A stretch of 64,000 nucleotides of DNA from Candidatus Latescibacterota bacterium (GCA_965205655.1 CBDBIJ010000110.1:35784-99783), one strand, 5' to 3'. Counted from the stretch's first letter, positions 36,320-45,060 are shown. Made by a program: numbers and translations. The notes: generated from the sequence alone by a model not told the origin.

Positions 36320-36493
36320 AAGCACGCTTTTCCCGATCTATATGAGAAGTAAATCCTGTTCTCGACTTGAGTTGGGAGAATTCGACCACGCGCGTTGAAA
36401 CGGCCGCGCGCCGCGACGGCGTCAAGGTGTGTGCTCCACGATTGACAGTTTAAATGTGTCTCAAAGTGAAATCGACGAGGAGGATAAGGGATT

Positions 36494-38260
36494 ATGTCGA
36501 GAGGTAACAAGATGTTCTTAACCAGCGCTGGGCTGCTGTTTCTGGCTGTGGCAATCATGTGGGCGAACCCTGCGGCGGCACGCTCAGTCACGGGTTCAGT
36601 TGCAGCGGTGGACAACGTAGCTCCCGATCCTCCGGCCAGTGCGGAAGCCTTCCCCGGTGCGGGTGGTGTCGACGTGTCCTGGGAACTGTCCCCCTCGGAG
36701 GGAGTGCGCCAAACGGCAGTTGGTAGAGACTTCACGTCGTTTGGCACCTTCGCCAACACGCGCGACGTAACGGGCTACAATGTCTGGTACAGCGAGAGTG
36801 GAGCTGACTTCGTGGCAATCCCGGGCGCCAGTGGCGGCCCCCCGACTGTAGGCCCTGGCGTGAGCGCCTACCTGGATGAGGGCGCCGTTAGCGGCCCCAG
36901 CTATGTCTACAGAGTGACGGCCTGGGACGGAACGAACGACAGCGACCCCACCGAGACCGGTCCGGTGAGTCTCGGCCCGCCGCCGGTGCTCATCATGGCG
37001 ACGGACGACATCGATCTCGGCTCGGTCGGCCCTGGCGGCACCAGCTCTGAGACCGTCACCGTGACGAACGATGCTGACGACGCCGAGGCCCTGCTGTTCG
37101 TCCGACTCGAAGTGGAAGGCGACGGCTTCAGCGTCTCCGACGAGTCGATCACCGTCGCCGCGAACGCCTCGGGTACCTTCGACGTGAGTTTCGATGCGAC
37201 GGGCGTCGGCGACCTCAACGGCGACTACGTGGGAACCCTGACGGTCAGCACGAACGACCCGGATCCGGATGACCGCGTGGTCGAGATTGGTCTGAGCGCC
37301 ACAGTCGCAGGTGGCGTCGATGTGGCGAGCGTTTCGCTCAGCGCTGAGTCAATCAGCTTCGGCCAGGTTCTTATCGACGAGACTTCGGACAGGACACTGA
37401 CGATCACAAACAATGGCGGCCTCGACCTCGAAGCGACACTGGCGCTTGCCGGAGACTCCGAATTCACGATTTCTACCGACATGGCAACCGTCGCAGCTGG
37501 TACCACCGCTGACGTGACTGTGACTTTCTCGCCGGTAGCGGAAGCGACCTCTTCTGCTACACTGACTGTTTCGAGCAACGATCCCCACAATCCGACTCTC
37601 GATGTGTCCCTGTCCGGTAGCGGCGTGACCGAAATCGTCGGGCCAGGGGTGGTGCAGGTCACAGTCCAGGACGTGCAGATGACCTTCGCCATGGATCTGA
37701 ACCTCACGGATCAGATGGCCGTGGACGATTTCACGGCCGCTTTCAAGACGGCACTCGCCGCTGAGCTGGGCATTTCCGTGGACAGAATCATCAACATCAC
37801 TCTCACTGCGGGCAGCACGATCGTCGACTTCCAGATCATCGAGGATGCTGACCCGGCGAGCACGGAACCTTCCGCTGCTGCTGCGGTGACCGCTCTTGAG
37901 ACTGCAGTCACTACCGATGCGACGGTTTTCTCGGGTCTCAATCTCGGTGATGCCTCCGGCGTTGCAGGTGTCGCCATGGCAGTCAGCATTCAGCCGGTCG
38001 ACGACAACGGCAACGCGATTCTGGGTTGGTTCACGCGCGGTGGCACGTCGGTCAGCTTGGATGACTTCTTTGCCTTCGACGATGCCTTCGGCAGCGCTGT
38101 CGGTGAGCCATCCTTTGACACCCTGTTCGACATCGCCGGTGACACGGCGAGTGACCCCCCCGACGGCTCTGTCGGATTCGGTGACTTCTTCCGCTTCGCC
38201 GATGACTTCGGCAAGACGGTTGCCAACGCCGCTGATGTCCAGGCGTTGCTCGGAATCTGA
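36494..38260 (+). CDS. secreted surface protein paralog 1: Fn3-like + 2 ASH/choice-of-anchor-D-like Ig domains + alpha/beta module + C-terminal duplicated EF-hand/dockerin-like module
   Basis: 588 aa. SD GAGGAGGA. Signal 'FLTSAGLLFLAVAIMWANPAAA'. 'VDNVAPDPP'. 'IDLGSVGPGGTSSETVTVTND...TLTVSTNDP'. Tail '..LDDFFAFDDAFG...FGDFFRFADDFGKTVAN'. Confidence 0.8.
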   Translation: MSRGNKMFLTSAGLLFLAVAIMWANPAAARSVTGSVAAVDNVAPDPPASAEAFPGAGGVDVSWELSPSEGVRQTAVGRDFTSFGTFANTRDVTGYNVWYSESGADFVAIPGASGGPPTVGPGVSAYLDEGAVSGPSYVYRVTAWDGTNDSDPTETGPVSLGPPPVLIMATDDIDLGSVGPGGTSSETVTVTNDADDAEALLFVRLEVEGDGFSVSDESITVAANASGTFDVSFDATGVGDLNGDYVGTLTVSTNDPDPDDRVVEIGLSATVAGGVDVASVSLSAESISFGQVLIDETSDRTLTITNNGGLDLEATLALAGDSEFTISTDMATVAAGTTADVTVTFSPVAEATSSATLTVSSNDPHNPTLDVSLSGSGVTEIVGPGVVQVTVQDVQMTFAMDLNLTDQMAVDDFTAAFKTALAAELGISVDRIINITLTAGSTIVDFQIIEDADPASTEPSAAAAVTALETAVTTDATVFSGLNLGDASGVAGVAMAVSIQPVDDNGNAILGWFTRGGTSVSLDDFFAFDDAFGSAVGEPSFDTLFDIAGDTASDPPDGSVGFGDFFRFADDFGKTVANAADVQALLGI

Positions 38261-38475
38261 CCGAAAAATCATCTCTTTAGCCATGTCCCCGCTACCAGGG
38301 GGCAGGGTTTTTTTGTGCGGTGTCCCCGATCAGTCCTGTTCAGCGTGGGATGGGCCGATGTGGGGTGCGGCTCGATGAGTGACGGGGATCACGGCGCCGA
38401 ACCCTCCCGCCGGGTATGGTTCACAGGCACTCGCTCGAGGCAGACTGTCGACCTTCAGGGGCGACTTTTTTCTGC

Positions 38476-38504
38476 TTGACCTTCGCCTATCGCCAGTGTA
38501 GCTT
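38476..38504 (+). promoter_or_regulatory. candidate sigma70 promoter TTGACC-N17-TAGCTT for paralog 2
   Basis: Same -10 hexamer and spacing as the candidate rho promoter at 40464-40492. Confidence 0.45.
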
Positions 38505-38562
38505 TTCACTTACGCCAATTCGTAGAGGCGGGAAGATCCCTCTTTGAGAGGAGGCAACGCCG

Positions 38563-39618
38563 ATGGAAAAGTCGATTCGTATCGCCGCCGGTCTGGCCCT
38601 GGTAGCTCTCGCATTCCCCGCATATGCGGCTGCCGCCGTTTCGCAGCCTGTGCGGTCCGTTGACAACATTCCGCCCGAGCCGGTGACCGACCTGGTGGCT
38701 CTGGGCAGCGAGACCGGGGTCGTCCTCACCTGGAGTCTGTCAGTCGACGACGCTGTCTCCTTCACCCCCTTCGGCGATGTCATCGTGCCGCGGAGTGGGG
38801 TGCAGGGATACCGCATTTACAGAGAAAGCGACGTGCTGGGCGAGGAGCTGATCATCTCCCTCGCACCTGGCGTTTCCGAATTCATCGACGCCGGCGCCGC
38901 GGGCGGGGTCACCTACAAATACTCTGTCCGTCCATTCGATCTGGACAACGAGACGGACGTCGTAGTGGCGCCTGGCTCAGCCGATGACCTGGCCAGGATC
39001 GTTGCCCTGGGCGGGGCACCCTCAGTCGTCGTCGTGGTCAGCGTCATGGGGTCGATGACCTTCGATATCGACCTGGATTTCGATGATCAAGTCGTCGTCG
39101 ATGCCTTCGAAGCCGACTTCATCGCACTCGTGTCTAACGAGCTCGGCATCAGTCCCGACCGAATCAGGATCGTCGAGATCAGGGCGGGCAGCGTCATCGT
39201 CGATTTCGAGATCCTCGAGCCGCCAGAAGGGATCGAAGAGCCCGCAGCGGCAGACGCTTTGTCGACGCTCATAGCGCTCGTTGAAGACACTGAGACAGAT
39301 GAGTTCGTGACGCTGGCTCCTGTTCTTTCGATTGAGGATGAGACGACGAGCGAGGCCGTCGTCATTCCCAAGCCGGTGGATCCCGATGGCGACCCGATCC
39401 TCGGCTGGTTCACCCGCACAGGCGGCAGCGTCAGCTTCAGCGATTTCTTCGCCTTCGCCGATCACTTCGGCGAGACCTCTGCCGACGACGGCTGGGATGC
39501 CGCATTCGATATCGTCGTCGACGAGACGATCGACTTCAGCGACTTCTTCAAGTTTGCCGATGATTTCGGCAAGACGGTGGCCAATGCTGTGGAGATACAG
39601 GGGCTGCTCGGAAACTGA
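38563..39618 (+). CDS. secreted surface protein paralog 2: Fn3-like + alpha/beta module + C-terminal EF-hand/dockerin-like module
   Basis: 351 aa. Signal 'IAAGLALVALAFPAYAAA'. 'VDNIPPEP'. Tail 'ILGWFTRTGGSVSFSDFFAFADHFG...IDFSDFFKFADDFGKTVAN'. Confidence 0.8.
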   Translation: MEKSIRIAAGLALVALAFPAYAAAAVSQPVRSVDNIPPEPVTDLVALGSETGVVLTWSLSVDDAVSFTPFGDVIVPRSGVQGYRIYRESDVLGEELIISLAPGVSEFIDAGAAGGVTYKYSVRPFDLDNETDVVVAPGSADDLARIVALGGAPSVVVVVSVMGSMTFDIDLDFDDQVVVDAFEADFIALVSNELGISPDRIRIVEIRAGSVIVDFEILEPPEGIEEPAAADALSTLIALVEDTETDEFVTLAPVLSIEDETTSEAVVIPKPVDPDGDPILGWFTRTGGSVSFSDFFAFADHFGETSADDGWDAAFDIVVDETIDFSDFFKFADDFGKTVANAVEIQGLLGN

Positions 39619-39646
39619 ACAGCTGCCCTCTCTCGTCGTGCAAAAA

Positions 39647-39679
39647 CCCCGCCCTTGCTATGGAGCGGGGTTTTCTTTT
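39647..39679 (+). terminator. Rho-independent terminator after paralog 2
   Basis: CCCCGC-12 nt-GCGGGG followed by TTTTCTTTT. Confidence 0.7.
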
Positions 39680-39694
39680 GCGCCGTCCACTGTC

Positions 39695-40432
39695 ATGTTG
39701 CTCTGCCTCGCCCTTGCGGGCGTGTCGCTGTGGCCCCAGGCGGGCGCGACACGTGTCATTTCGGCGGTCGTCTCCAGCACCGACGACATACCACCTGCAC
39801 CACCATCGCACATTCAGGCAGCGGATCGGCCAGACGACAGTGGCGGTCACGTCGTCGTGACATGGGTGCTGTCTCCTGATGACAGGATCGTGTTTGTCGC
39901 ATTCGGCTCCGGCTCGGTCGTTACCGCCGCCGGTCCAGCGTCAGTCTTCCGGAGGCGGGGCATTTCGGATTACAGCATCTATCGCCTGCTCGTGGGCGGG
40001 GTTGCCACCCTCATCGGAGAAGTCGCCGCAGGCACCGACCGATTCGTCGACGGCAGCGCGCCGGACAATGTCGCGCTCCGCTATGAGGTACGTTCCTTCG
40101 ATGACGCTCACGAGACAGCCCCGGAGCTGGTTCCCGGATCGCCGGAGGATCTCGCCCGTACCGCGGTGGCCCTCGACAATGCCGCTCAACCTGTAGATGA
40201 GAACGGTCTGGTGGTGCAGGGATGGTTCAACCGCACAGACAACAAAGTGGGACTGGATGATTTCTTCCTGTTTGCCGACCGCTTCGGTCGAATCGAGGGC
40301 GAGATCTCCTTCGATGCCAGATTTGACCTCGATGGGAACGCGAGAATCGATTTCGAGGACTTCTTCATTTTCAGCGACAACTTTGGCAAGACGGTGGCCA
40401 ATTTCGACGAGATCTCAGGGGAGAGCGGCTGA
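39695..40432 (+). CDS. secreted surface protein paralog 3: Fn3-like + C-terminal EF-hand/dockerin-like module
   Basis: 'MLLCLALAGVSLWPQAGA', 'TDDIPPAPP', tail 'VQGWFNRTDNKVGLDDFFLFADRFG...FDLDGNARIDFEDFFIFSDNFGKTVAN'. Start uncertain (in-frame GTG at 39638 lies inside the terminator hairpin). Confidence 0.7.
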   Translation: MLLCLALAGVSLWPQAGATRVISAVVSSTDDIPPAPPSHIQAADRPDDSGGHVVVTWVLSPDDRIVFVAFGSGSVVTAAGPASVFRRRGISDYSIYRLLVGGVATLIGEVAAGTDRFVDGSAPDNVALRYEVRSFDDAHETAPELVPGSPEDLARTAVALDNAAQPVDENGLVVQGWFNRTDNKVGLDDFFLFADRFGRIEGEISFDARFDLDGNARIDFEDFFIFSDNFGKTVANFDEISGESG

Positions 40433-40463
40433 GGTATCGAGCCCATCCCAGGGGTGAAACCTC

Positions 40464-40492
40464 TTGACAAGCGGCGTCTTTCTCTATAGCTT
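40464..40492 (+). promoter_or_regulatory. candidate sigma70 promoter TTGACA-N17-TAGCTT giving a ~360-nt rho leader
   Basis: Read from sequence. The leader is long and in part C-rich. Confidence 0.45.
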
Positions 40493-40856
40493 GTTTGCGA
40501 TACCTGCAAGACAGTTATCCTCAGTCAAATCCGCAGGGTCTTCGGCGATGTCTCCCGACGGCCCGCTCGCACTTTCAACCACCACCGCCTCACTTCAGCT
40601 TTATTTCATCAGACTGGACTCCACCGTTTAGAATAAAGAAGTACCCGACAATACATCGATGACGCACCGTCGGCTTCGTTCTCGGGAGACGATCGGGGAT
40701 GTTCCCCGCCCCCGTGGTGCGAACTGATGTTGGAATTTGTTTGTAGCCGGTTTCGGGGTAGAAGATAGAGCGCCCCGCAGCGCTGGTTGGCTCTTGATTC
40801 GACCAACCACCACTTGACGTTCCATCGCACAAAGCGCAAAGCGAAAGGTCATCCAT

Positions 40857-42125
40857 ATGCCCCCTGAGCGAACGAAGCTGAACATCGTTGACCTCCAAGC
40901 GATGAATATCCTCGATCAGCACGAGCTCGCGAAGCAGCTCGACGTACCGGAGTTCCATGCACTGCGGAAGCAGGAGCTCATCTTCGCCATCCTGAAGGCA
41001 CAGACTGAGCGCAGCGGGCTTCTGTTCGCCCAGGGCGTCCTGGAGGTACTGGAGGAAGGCTTCGGCTTTCTGCGCTCACCCAGTTACAACTATCTCCCGG
41101 GACCCGACGACATCTATGTCTCGCACTCGCAGATCAAGCGCTTCGCCCTCCGCACCGGCGATACCATATCGGGCCAGATCCGACCCCCGAAGAACGACGA
41201 GAAGTACTTCGCCCTCCTGAGAGTCGAGGCGATCAACTTCGAAGATCCTGAGGTCACAAAATCGAAAACCATCTTCGAAAACCTGACAGCGCTTCATCCC
41301 GATGAGCGCTTGGGCCTCGAACACGATCCGAAGGACATGACGACGCGCATTCTCGACCTCCTGTCCCCGATCGGGAAGGGTCAGCGGGGGTTGATCGTCG
41401 CCCCTCCCTTTACTGGCAAGACAGTTCTGCTTCAAAAAATCGCCAACGCCGTTACTCGCAACCACACTGATGTGATCGTCATCGTTCTGCTCATCGACGA
41501 GCGCCCGGAAGAAGTGACGGATATGCTCAGGTCAGTCAATGGCGAGGTCGTGAGCTCGACCTTCGACGAGCCCGCCACCCGCCACGTGCAGGTGGCCGAG
41601 ATGGTGATCGAAAAGGCGCGGCGTCTGGTCGAGCACAGGCGGGATGTGGTCGTCCTGCTGGACAGCATCACCCGACTTGCCCGGGCCTACAACACCGTCA
41701 CGCCCCACAGCGGCCGTATTCTCACCGGTGGCGTGGATTCGACGGCCTTGCAGTGGCCGAGGCGATTCTTCGCGGCTGCCCGCAATGTCGAAGAAGGCGG
41801 CAGCCTCACCATCATCGGCACCGCTCTGGTGGATACGGGCAGCCGCATGGACGAGGTCATTTTCGAGGAGTTCAAGGGAACGGGAAACATGCAGGTAACC
41901 CTCGATCGCAAACTGAGCAACCGGCGGACATACCCCGCCATCGACGTTACAGCGACGAGCACCCGCAAGGAGGAGTTGCTCATGACCGAGTACGAGCTGA
42001 ACCGCTCCTATGTCCTGCGGCGCATCCTGAACCAGATGGGCATCACCGAGGGGATGGAGTTTCTCCTCGAGCGGATGCAGAGCACCAAGTCGAACGAGGA
42101 GTTTCTCAAGGTAATGAACGAGTAG
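40857..42125 (+). CDS. rho: transcription termination factor Rho
   Basis: 422 aa. 'GFGFLRS', '[15 protein letters not shown]', '[12 protein letters not shown]', '[13 protein letters not shown]', '[18 protein letters not shown]'. Confidence 0.95.
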   Translation: MPPERTKLNIVDLQAMNILDQHELAKQLDVPEFHALRKQELIFAILKAQTERSGLLFAQGVLEVLEEGFGFLRSPSYNYLPGPDDIYVSHSQIKRFALRTGDTISGQIRPPKNDEKYFALLRVEAINFEDPEVTKSKTIFENLTALHPDERLGLEHDPKDMTTRILDLLSPIGKGQRGLIVAPPFTGKTVLLQKIANAVTRNHTDVIVIVLLIDERPEEVTDMLRSVNGEVVSSTFDEPATRHVQVAEMVIEKARRLVEHRRDVVVLLDSITRLARAYNTVTPHSGRILTGGVDSTALQWPRRFFAAARNVEEGGSLTIIGTALVDTGSRMDEVIFEEFKGTGNMQVTLDRKLSNRRTYPAIDVTATSTRKEELLMTEYELNRSYVLRRILNQMGITEGMEFLLERMQSTKSNEEFLKVMNE

Positions 42126-42254
42126 CGCCACCGGGCCCGCAGGGGCCAGCCGCAGCTCAAGTTGGCTTTTTATACGGGCTCCTAAGTTGCGTTTCCCCGT
42201 CGCGGCGTTAGATTTACCACCCATCAGACCTCACGACCAGCAGGTGATTCGATT

Positions 42255-42656
42255 ATGAAGAACGACCTTCATCCCGACTACAGTCCGGTGGTTTTTCACG
42301 ACGTGAGTAGCGATTTCAAGATACTCACGCGCTCGACGGTGACCTCGGAAGAGACCATTCAGTGGGAGGACGGCAACACCTACCCACTCGTAAGGGTCGA
42401 AATCAGTTCGGCCTCGCATCCGTTCTACACCGGCAAACGCCAGCAAATTGCCGAGCGCGGCGGGCGCATCGAGCAGTTCAGGCGGCGCTACGGAACATCG
42501 GAGCCGGCTGCAGACACCAGCTCCGAAAGCGCGCAAACGGATAGTGTCGAGGCGAATGCCGAATCTGTGGAGCCCGCCGCAGAGTCCGTACCATCCGAAG
42601 CGTCCGCTGCCGCGGCGGACGCTTCCGGCGACACCGAGACCTCGGCGGACAGCTAG
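42255..42656 (+). CDS. rpmE: 50S ribosomal protein L31, Cys-less (type B-like) with ~55-aa acidic Ser/Ala/Glu tail
   Basis: 'MKNDLHPDY...HPFYTGKRQ...[11 protein letters not shown]'. No CxxC motif anywhere in the protein. Confidence 0.85.
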   Translation: MKNDLHPDYSPVVFHDVSSDFKILTRSTVTSEETIQWEDGNTYPLVRVEISSASHPFYTGKRQQIAERGGRIEQFRRRYGTSEPAADTSSESAQTDSVEANAESVEPAAESVPSEASAAAADASGDTETSADS

Positions 42657-42672
42657 TTCTACGACGTACAAG

Positions 42673-42714
42673 TGGTAAGACCCTGCCGCGAGCAGTTGGT
42701 CTTACCATTTTTTT
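42673..42714 (+). terminator. Rho-independent terminator after rpmE
   Basis: Perfect 10-bp stem TGGTAAGACC/GGTCTTACCA followed by T7. Confidence 0.8.
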
Positions 42715-42774
42715 GTACCTGCCATTCGCGGTCTGCAATCGCCTCGCGACCCTACCTGGTCGCATTGGGAAATC

Positions 42775-43854
42775 GTGCTCGACAAACTCGCCGAAATCCA
42801 AAAACGCTACGAGGGTCTGAACGAGCAGCTCGCCGATCCTAAGACTGCGACGAATCCGTCCCTGTATCAGAGGTTGGCAAAGGAAGTCGGCGACCTGCGG
42901 GATATCGTGGCGAAGGCCCAGAGGTACCGTGAGTGCGTCGAACGCCGCGAAGAAGCTGAGCAGATCATCGCCGAGAAGGGGGGAGACGCTGAGCTAGTCG
43001 AGCTCGCCCATGCCGAACTGGAGGACGTGCAGGGAGAGCTCGAGCACCTCGAAGCGGACATCCGGGTGCAGCTCATCCCGAAGGATCCCAACGATTCCCG
43101 CAACGCTATCGTCGAGATCCGCGCCGGCGCCGGCGGGGACGAAGCGGGTCTGTTCGCCGCCGATCTCTACCGCATGTACACACGCTACGCCGAGCACCAC
43201 AACCTGAAAGTGGAGGCGCTGTCCTCCAGCACCAATCCCTCAGGTGGATTCAAGGAGGTCGTCTTCATGGTGTCCGGTGGCTCGGCGTTCGGCGATCTGA
43301 AATTCGAAAGCGGCGTCCACCGGGTGCAGCGAGTTCCCAAAACAGAGGCCAGCGGCCGCATCCACACATCCGCCGCTTCGGTGGCCGTTCTGCCCGAGGC
43401 GGAAGAAGTGGAAGTCGAGATCGACGCCGAGGATCTTGAAATCGATGTGTTCCGGTCGAGTGGTCCGGGTGGGCAGAGCGTGAATACGACCGATTCGGCT
43501 GTACGCATCACCCACAAACCCTCCGGTCTAGTCGTCAGCTGTCAGGATGAGAAGTCGCAGCTCAAGAACAAGAACAAGGCGATGAAGGTTCTGCGGGCGC
43601 GCCTCTTCGACATGTATCAGACGGAGCAGAACGAGAAGCTTTCCCGGGAGCGGAGGCAGCAGATCGGCAGCGGCGACCGCAGCGCCAAGATCCGCACCTA
43701 CAATTTTCCCCAGGGACGGGTCACCGATCACCGCATCTCTCTGAGTCTGTACCGCCTTGAGGGAATTCTCGAGGGCGAGATCGACGAATTCGGTGCAACA
43801 ATTGGCGTCCGCCCAGCAGGAGCAGGCGCTGTCCAACGCCGGGCCTGGCCCTGA
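42775..43854 (+). CDS. prfA: peptide chain release factor 1 (3' end apparently frameshifted; corrected end ~43864)
   Basis: 'RAGAGGDEA', '[12 protein letters not shown]' (PxT), '[11 protein letters not shown]' (GGQ). The last ~20 codons read better in the +1 frame. Confidence 0.9.
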   Translation: MLDKLAEIQKRYEGLNEQLADPKTATNPSLYQRLAKEVGDLRDIVAKAQRYRECVERREEAEQIIAEKGGDAELVELAHAELEDVQGELEHLEADIRVQLIPKDPNDSRNAIVEIRAGAGGDEAGLFAADLYRMYTRYAEHHNLKVEALSSSTNPSGGFKEVVFMVSGGSAFGDLKFESGVHRVQRVPKTEASGRIHTSAASVAVLPEAEEVEVEIDAEDLEIDVFRSSGPGGQSVNTTDSAVRITHKPSGLVVSCQDEKSQLKNKNKAMKVLRARLFDMYQTEQNEKLSRERRQQIGSGDRSAKIRTYNFPQGRVTDHRISLSLYRLEGILEGEIDEFGATIGVRPAGAGAVQRRAWP

Positions 43855-43860
43855 GTCCGG

Positions 43861-44742
43861 GTGAGCAGGCACCGCAACCGCAAGCCCCCTCCTGGGACGC
43901 TCGACCTGCTCGTCGAGGCGAATAGGCTGCTCGCCTCCGCGGGGATCCGGGACTCGCAACTGGAGGCGGAGCTGCTGCTCGCCTCGGCCCTCGGAACGAG
44001 CCGAGGCGACCTCTATGTGCCGCCGGGGAAAGACCCGACGCAGGCCGAGGCGGAGAGGTTTCTCGACTTCGTCGTGCAGAGGATGGCGCGGGCACCGATC
44101 CAGTACATCACCGGTGAGGCAGCGTTCCGACACCTCGCCGTGCTCGTCGGCGACGCCGTGCTCATTCCGCGACCGGAAACGGAAATCCTGGTCGAAACAG
44201 CACTCGAGTTCCTCGGCGCTCGAAACGCGTCGACGCTGCTGGAGCCGGGCTGTGGATCTGGAGCAGTTGCCGTATCGCTGGCCTTCGAGTGCGCGTCAGC
44301 GCAAATCGTGGCCACTGACATCGACCAGTCGGCCATCCGTATTGCGCGCGAGAATGCGAAGCGCTATGGGGTCCGGCAGCGGATCGGTTTTCTCTGCGGC
44401 GATCTGTTCGCTCCCGTCGGACGCGCGGCTCGCTTCGACGCGATCGTGTGCAATCCTCCCTATGTGCAGAGCTGCGAGCTCGCCTCTCTCGACCCGGAGA
44501 TCCGCGATTACGAGCCTCACCTGGCTCTCGACGGCGGGCCGGACGGCCTCGTGTTCTTTCGTCGCATAGCCGCGGAGGCGGCGAGCCTGCTTGAGCCGGG
44601 AGGTCGCTTGCTGCTCGAGGTTGGCGATGGCCAGTCCGCAACGGTAGTTGAGCTGCTGCAGCGATCGGGTCGCTACACCGCCATCGAGGTGCGCGACGAT
44701 CTGAATGGTATTGCGAGAGTGGTATCCGGCCGCCGAGACTGA
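43861..44742 (+). CDS. prmC: release-factor glutamine N5-methyltransferase
   Basis: 'LEPGCGSGAVAV' SAM motif, 'VCNPPYV' (NPPY). Located downstream of prfA. Confidence 0.9.
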   Translation: MSRHRNRKPPPGTLDLLVEANRLLASAGIRDSQLEAELLLASALGTSRGDLYVPPGKDPTQAEAERFLDFVVQRMARAPIQYITGEAAFRHLAVLVGDAVLIPRPETEILVETALEFLGARNASTLLEPGCGSGAVAVSLAFECASAQIVATDIDQSAIRIARENAKRYGVRQRIGFLCGDLFAPVGRAARFDAIVCNPPYVQSCELASLDPEIRDYEPHLALDGGPDGLVFFRRIAAEAASLLEPGGRLLLEVGDGQSATVVELLQRSGRYTAIEVRDDLNGIARVVSGRRD

Positions 44743-45021
44743 CCGGCAGTCCCTCTTGTCGCGGTTTGACTACAGTTCCGTCACCAATTCGCACACCGAT
44801 ACATCCCTTCACCGGCCTCTCGCCTTCAGCACAGGCAGACGTAACTATCAATTATATCAGCTGATTGGGCCGCAGTAGCTCGGGGCTCCGATTGGCGTGG
44901 TACGATCGTTGTTTCTGCTCTCTGCGAGCGACCGCAATGAGGCGATTGCTCGGGCAGCTTGGCGACGGCTGCGCGGACTTCGATTCGACCCCAGGCGGGG
45001 TTCGGGTGTGCGAAAACTTAC

Positions 45022-45060
45022 TTGACGACTGCACATAAAAATACTATCTTTTTGTGCAGT
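45022..45060 (+). promoter_or_regulatory. candidate recA promoter TTGACG-N17-TATCTT bracketed by inverted repeat ACTGCACA...TGTGCAGT
   Basis: Read from sequence. The left arm (45028-45035) lies just after the -35 and the right arm (45053-45060) lies at about +1. Confidence 0.45.

Noticed and set aside
43780-43864. Programmed +1 frameshift in a release-factor gene (as in prfB).
   Set aside because: The gene is RF1 (PxT motif). The shift is at the extreme 3' end, with no in-frame UGA or SD-like stimulator context. It fits the window-wide pattern of one-base indels.
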